In this document: piece after piece, positions 23,353 to 26,103 of the stretch
Position numbering within the stretch: position 1 is the first letter of the stretch
Layout of the letters: each line of letters begins with the position of its first letter
Program-made: the position numbers and the translations under genes
Notes under the pieces: model-generated
Seen by the model: the letters and a program-made list of their open reading frames with translations, nothing else
What the model was told of the DNA's origin: nothing
The model's database searches: none
Assembly (NCBI GenBank): GCA_048884785.1
Contig: JBHLQM010000051.1
Location: forward strand, 1 to 26,103
Origin: Candidatus Thorarchaeota archaeon
GTDB taxonomy: Archaea; Asgardarchaeota; Thorarchaeia; Thorarchaeales; Thorarchaeaceae
Direction of reading: 5' to 3'
DNA length: 26,103 bases

Positions 23353-26103
23353 TCACTTTCTATCGTCATCGATACTTCGAACAAGTTCCTCAACCAGTTC
23401 TCTTGGTAGTGTTTTTGCCTGTTCAACAATTGTGTTGATTTCGTACTCGGGAACTCCCTTTCGAATCAGCTTGGCCTTAAGCTCCTCGATTTCATGGATG
23501 GATAATTTGTCATCCTTGTCGATAACATCATCAATTATCCTAGGCCTAGTTGGTGGTGGGGGTTCGGGTATATCAAGAGTCCGAGGTACTTCCTTAATTG
23601 GTATAGTATCAGGCTCTTCATCAAGTTTTGCTGGTACCGCATCAGGGCTCGCTTCACCTGCAATTCGTTTGTCTGCTTCAGCAGCCACTTCAGTCATCAC
23701 TTGTTCGACTGTCTTGCCTTCCCGGCGAGCTGTACGGATTACTTCTTGTTCGATGACTTCACGAACGAATGCGGCCTGTTCACTCATCTTCATCTTTGAG
23801 ATATCAGCCTTGAACTCATCCAACTCTCCGGGGCTCAGACTTGTAAGAATAGAGAGCTGTACCAATAGCTCGCCCATCTCAGGGATGTCAATCGGTATCG
23901 GCTCCTCAGGCATCTGTGAGGGGATTCTTCGTATATTCGTCTGCTGGAATGTGTCATTGAATAAATCACTAGTAATTTGCTGGCGAGGCCGGACATCAGT
24001 GAGCGGTTTGGGTATCTTGCCCTTGCGAATAGCCTTGATTTGACCATTAATCTGACGTATTTTCTTTGGTACGCTCCAGACTCGTACATATGCTGCAAGT
24101 AATATGACTAGGACTAAACCAAATGGCAATCCATATCTTGTGAGGTTTAGGACTAGTACATCTGTGTCATTTGGTAGCACATCGATGATTATCTGAATCT
24201 CCTTTGTTTCATAGAAGCCAATGCCAACCTGAATGTATACAACTCCACCGCCCGTGTAAAGCAGAGTTCCTGTTAACAGAGTGATTTCGTAGTACCCATT
24301 TCCAGTATCTCGGACAGATGGAATTACAACATCTGAAGAACTGCTCGCATTCAAACTGGCTCCAGATATTCCCCTGTTATGCCAAGTATCATTGAAAAAG
24401 TAGACAAGAATTGGATTGTTTCCATTTACAAAGCTCAGCTGGACATCAGGATTCGTTAAGATAAGTTCTGTAGGAATTTGAGTGACTTGGATTCGAATTA
24501 GGATATCAGCAACCTTTCTATTTTCCAAAAAGATTTGTATATACAATCTATATGCTTCTGGACTAACTAAGGCCGCAATAATCGCGTCAGTTGAATCGAA
24601 CGTGAAACTATACAGACCACCCCCAATCTCAATGAGAGTGACATTGAGATAGCTCTCAATAGATGGACCTCGGAGGTAGCTGTTTTCCGTTGGAAGAGCA
24701 CCTTCCAATCCAAGGCCTCCAACACTGCCATCATTCGGATCGACATCTAAGAATGAGAAGGTGATAGTAACCGAGTCGCCAATGGGTAGAAGGAGGCTAC
24801 TGAAATCATCCAATGTGCCAGAGTATGTCGGAGTATAATCTATTGTATGCACAACCAAGAGCGTGCCAACTTCATTAACAATAATAGTTACACTTGCAGG
24901 GCCTTCCTGATAGTTTTCTTTAACGAACGTTATTGTTAGAGTGTATGAACCCGGTGACACCAAAGAAGTGTCCACAGGGATAATGTAGGTTCCGTTGCCG
25001 AGATCAGTTGCATTTCCTCCAAACGTGCCCCAAGAATAGGTTGCCTGCGCTCCAAGAACAGGTCCAAAACGGCCTGCATCAAAAGTGAAACTTAGGTTGC
25101 CTGACCAACCCCAGCTCTTTTCAACGGTCGATGGGCGAATCACTTCAGTTGGAATTCGTTTGATGGCTAGACTTAGTCGAGTTGATGAGCTTGAAAATAT
25201 TGGGTTATTTGGAGTCGCACGGAAACTTAGACCCCAGATTCCAAAACCAACTTCAGTGGTATTAAATGTGACCATGAAGAAACCGCCGTATCCAAGACTC
25301 GTGAGATTGCCATAGAGCCCTTTCTCTGCAAGTACCCACGTCACAGTTGCATTATCAATATCAACCACCAAGTCAGGAGCATTGAGATGAACAGTGAAGT
25401 TCACCAATTCGGAATAGAATGCCTCTTCGTCTACTGTTGTTCCACCTGCCAGCAAAAGAACTGACTGTGTCTGCAACAGACTAATCTTGAATGAGTCAGC
25501 AGCAGGCACATAGTTAACCAGATTAGCAGATAGTTGTACAATGTACGATGAGCCAATGTCTAGTATAGTAGGACCACCAGCGGGGATTTGACCTGTGTAG
25601 TAGCCAGGTGTTCCATTATAGACTAATGGTGTCGGATATCCTTCAAGAACAGCGAGAACTTCAGTAACATATGCATCTAGGACTGGACCGCCACTAGCAA
25701 GGTCAATCAGATAGACAGTAATATTGATTTCTCCACCGCGAGGGATGAAGAGTAGACTCTCACTTGGATTAATAGTCGTCATATCTGAAGATAATGAAAG
25801 CACAACCACAGTGATTGTAGTAATTGAAGTTGTGAATCCTGTCTTATTTGCACGAATCGTAATCACAAATGTACCTGCACCGAAGTTCGTCGTATTCACT
25901 TGTGCCAAATAGGCACCTGTGTCAGCAACTTCAGGTACAGTTCCTGAATACGCGCCTGAGCTCCAAGTGACTGTCGCCCCAGTTGTGAAGTTGCCATGAA
26001 GTAGATCGTAGAATTCTACACCAAGCGATGCATTCTCTCTCCAGTTCACTTGGATGGTGTTGGGAACAGGATTCAGATATGTATTAATCTCTACAACATT
26101 AAA
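23353..26103 (-). CDS. Large single-pass cell-surface protein (5'-truncated by the window edge): repeated Ig-like beta domains, TM, about 240-aa cytoplasmic tail
   Basis: Frame stays open from 26103; repeated G-[NG]-G-x-Y...D/N-T...G-x-Y-x-[LI]-x-I units, many N-x-S/T sequons, TM YGLPFGLVLVILLAAYV, charged tail. Confidence 0.85.
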   Translation of the reverse strand, partial: FNVVEINTYLNPVPNTIQVNWRENASLGVEFYDLLHGNFTTGATVTWSSGAYSGTVPEVADTGAYLAQVNTTNFGAGTFVITIRANKTGFTTSITTITVVVLSLSSDMTTINPSESLLFIPRGGEINITVYLIDLASGGPVLDAYVTEVLAVLEGYPTPLVYNGTPGYYTGQIPAGGPTILDIGSSYIVQLSANLVNYVPAADSFKISLLQTQSVLLLAGGTTVDEEAFYSELVNFTVHLNAPDLVVDIDNATVTWVLAEKGLYGNLTSLGYGGFFMVTFNTTEVGFGIWGLSFRATPNNPIFSSSSTRLSLAIKRIPTEVIRPSTVEKSWGWSGNLSFTFDAGRFGPVLGAQATYSWGTFGGNATDLGNGTYIIPVDTSLVSPGSYTLTITFVKENYQEGPASVTIIVNEVGTLLVVHTIDYTPTYSGTLDDFSSLLLPIGDSVTITFSFLDVDPNDGSVGGLGLEGALPTENSYLRGPSIESYLNVTLIEIGGGLYSFTFDSTDAIIAALVSPEAYRLYIQIFLENRKVADILIRIQVTQIPTELILTNPDVQLSFVNGNNPILVYFFNDTWHNRGISGASLNASSSSDVVIPSVRDTGNGYYEITLLTGTLLYTGGGVVYIQVGIGFYETKEIQIIIDVLPNDTDVLVLNLTRYGLPFGLVLVILLAAYVRVWSVPKKIRQINGQIKAIRKGKIPKPLTDVRPRQQITSDLFNDTFQQTNIRRIPSQMPEEPIPIDIPEMGELLVQLSILTSLSPGELDEFKADISKMKMSEQAAFVREVIEQEVIRTARREGKTVEQVMTEVAAEADKRIAGEASPDAVPAKLDEEPDTIPIKEVPRTLDIPEPPPPTRPRIIDDVIDKDDKLSIHEIEELKAKLIRKGVPEYEINTIVEQAKTLPRELVEELVRSIDDDRK

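Noticed and set aside
23432-24043. 203-aa plus-strand ORF
   Set aside because: Lies fully antisense to the surface-protein tail, is Ser-rich as expected for a shadow frame, and has no recognisable motifs
84-25912. The remaining short ORFs (60-124 aa) nested in or antisense to the called genes
   Set aside because: They overlap well-supported CDSs and show no motifs or independent start signals

Overview
Gene-dense archaeal DNA: Orc1/Cdc6-, RadA- and RFC-family genes, GGAGG/GAGGTG Shine-Dalgarno motifs, TATA-like boxes, and several TTG/GTG starts. The style of the proteins suggests an Asgard archaeon, possibly Thorarchaeia; this is inference only and was not checked against a database. About 24 CDSs were found, and no tRNA, rRNA, CRISPR array or mobile element was recognised. 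Left part: a CcdA/TlpA thiol-redox pair, then a DNA-processing neighbourhood with a long-type XPB helicase (N-terminal clutch domain), a RAD55/KaiC-like ATPase, a DUF2240-like protein, an atypical RFC small subunit and a 570-aa protein with a p52/Tfb2-like architecture. Middle: a MetE-core-like enzyme, four unknown membrane proteins (two are tandem paralogues), tandem BCP peroxiredoxins, a SagB-type nitroreductase, malic enzyme, a degenerate M28-fold surface protein with Ca-binding repeats, and a GlcD/GlcF-like oxidoreductase pair. Right part: an Orc1/Cdc6 homologue and a RadA homologue that both have broken ATPase motifs, GcvH, a Zn-ribbon protein, and the 3' part of a large single-pass surface protein. 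The best candidate for a new system is a TFIIH-core-like XPB + p52-like module next to a variant clamp-loader subunit. The pseudo-ATPase Orc1/Cdc6 and RadA paralogues come next. All family calls are by motif recognition by eye.
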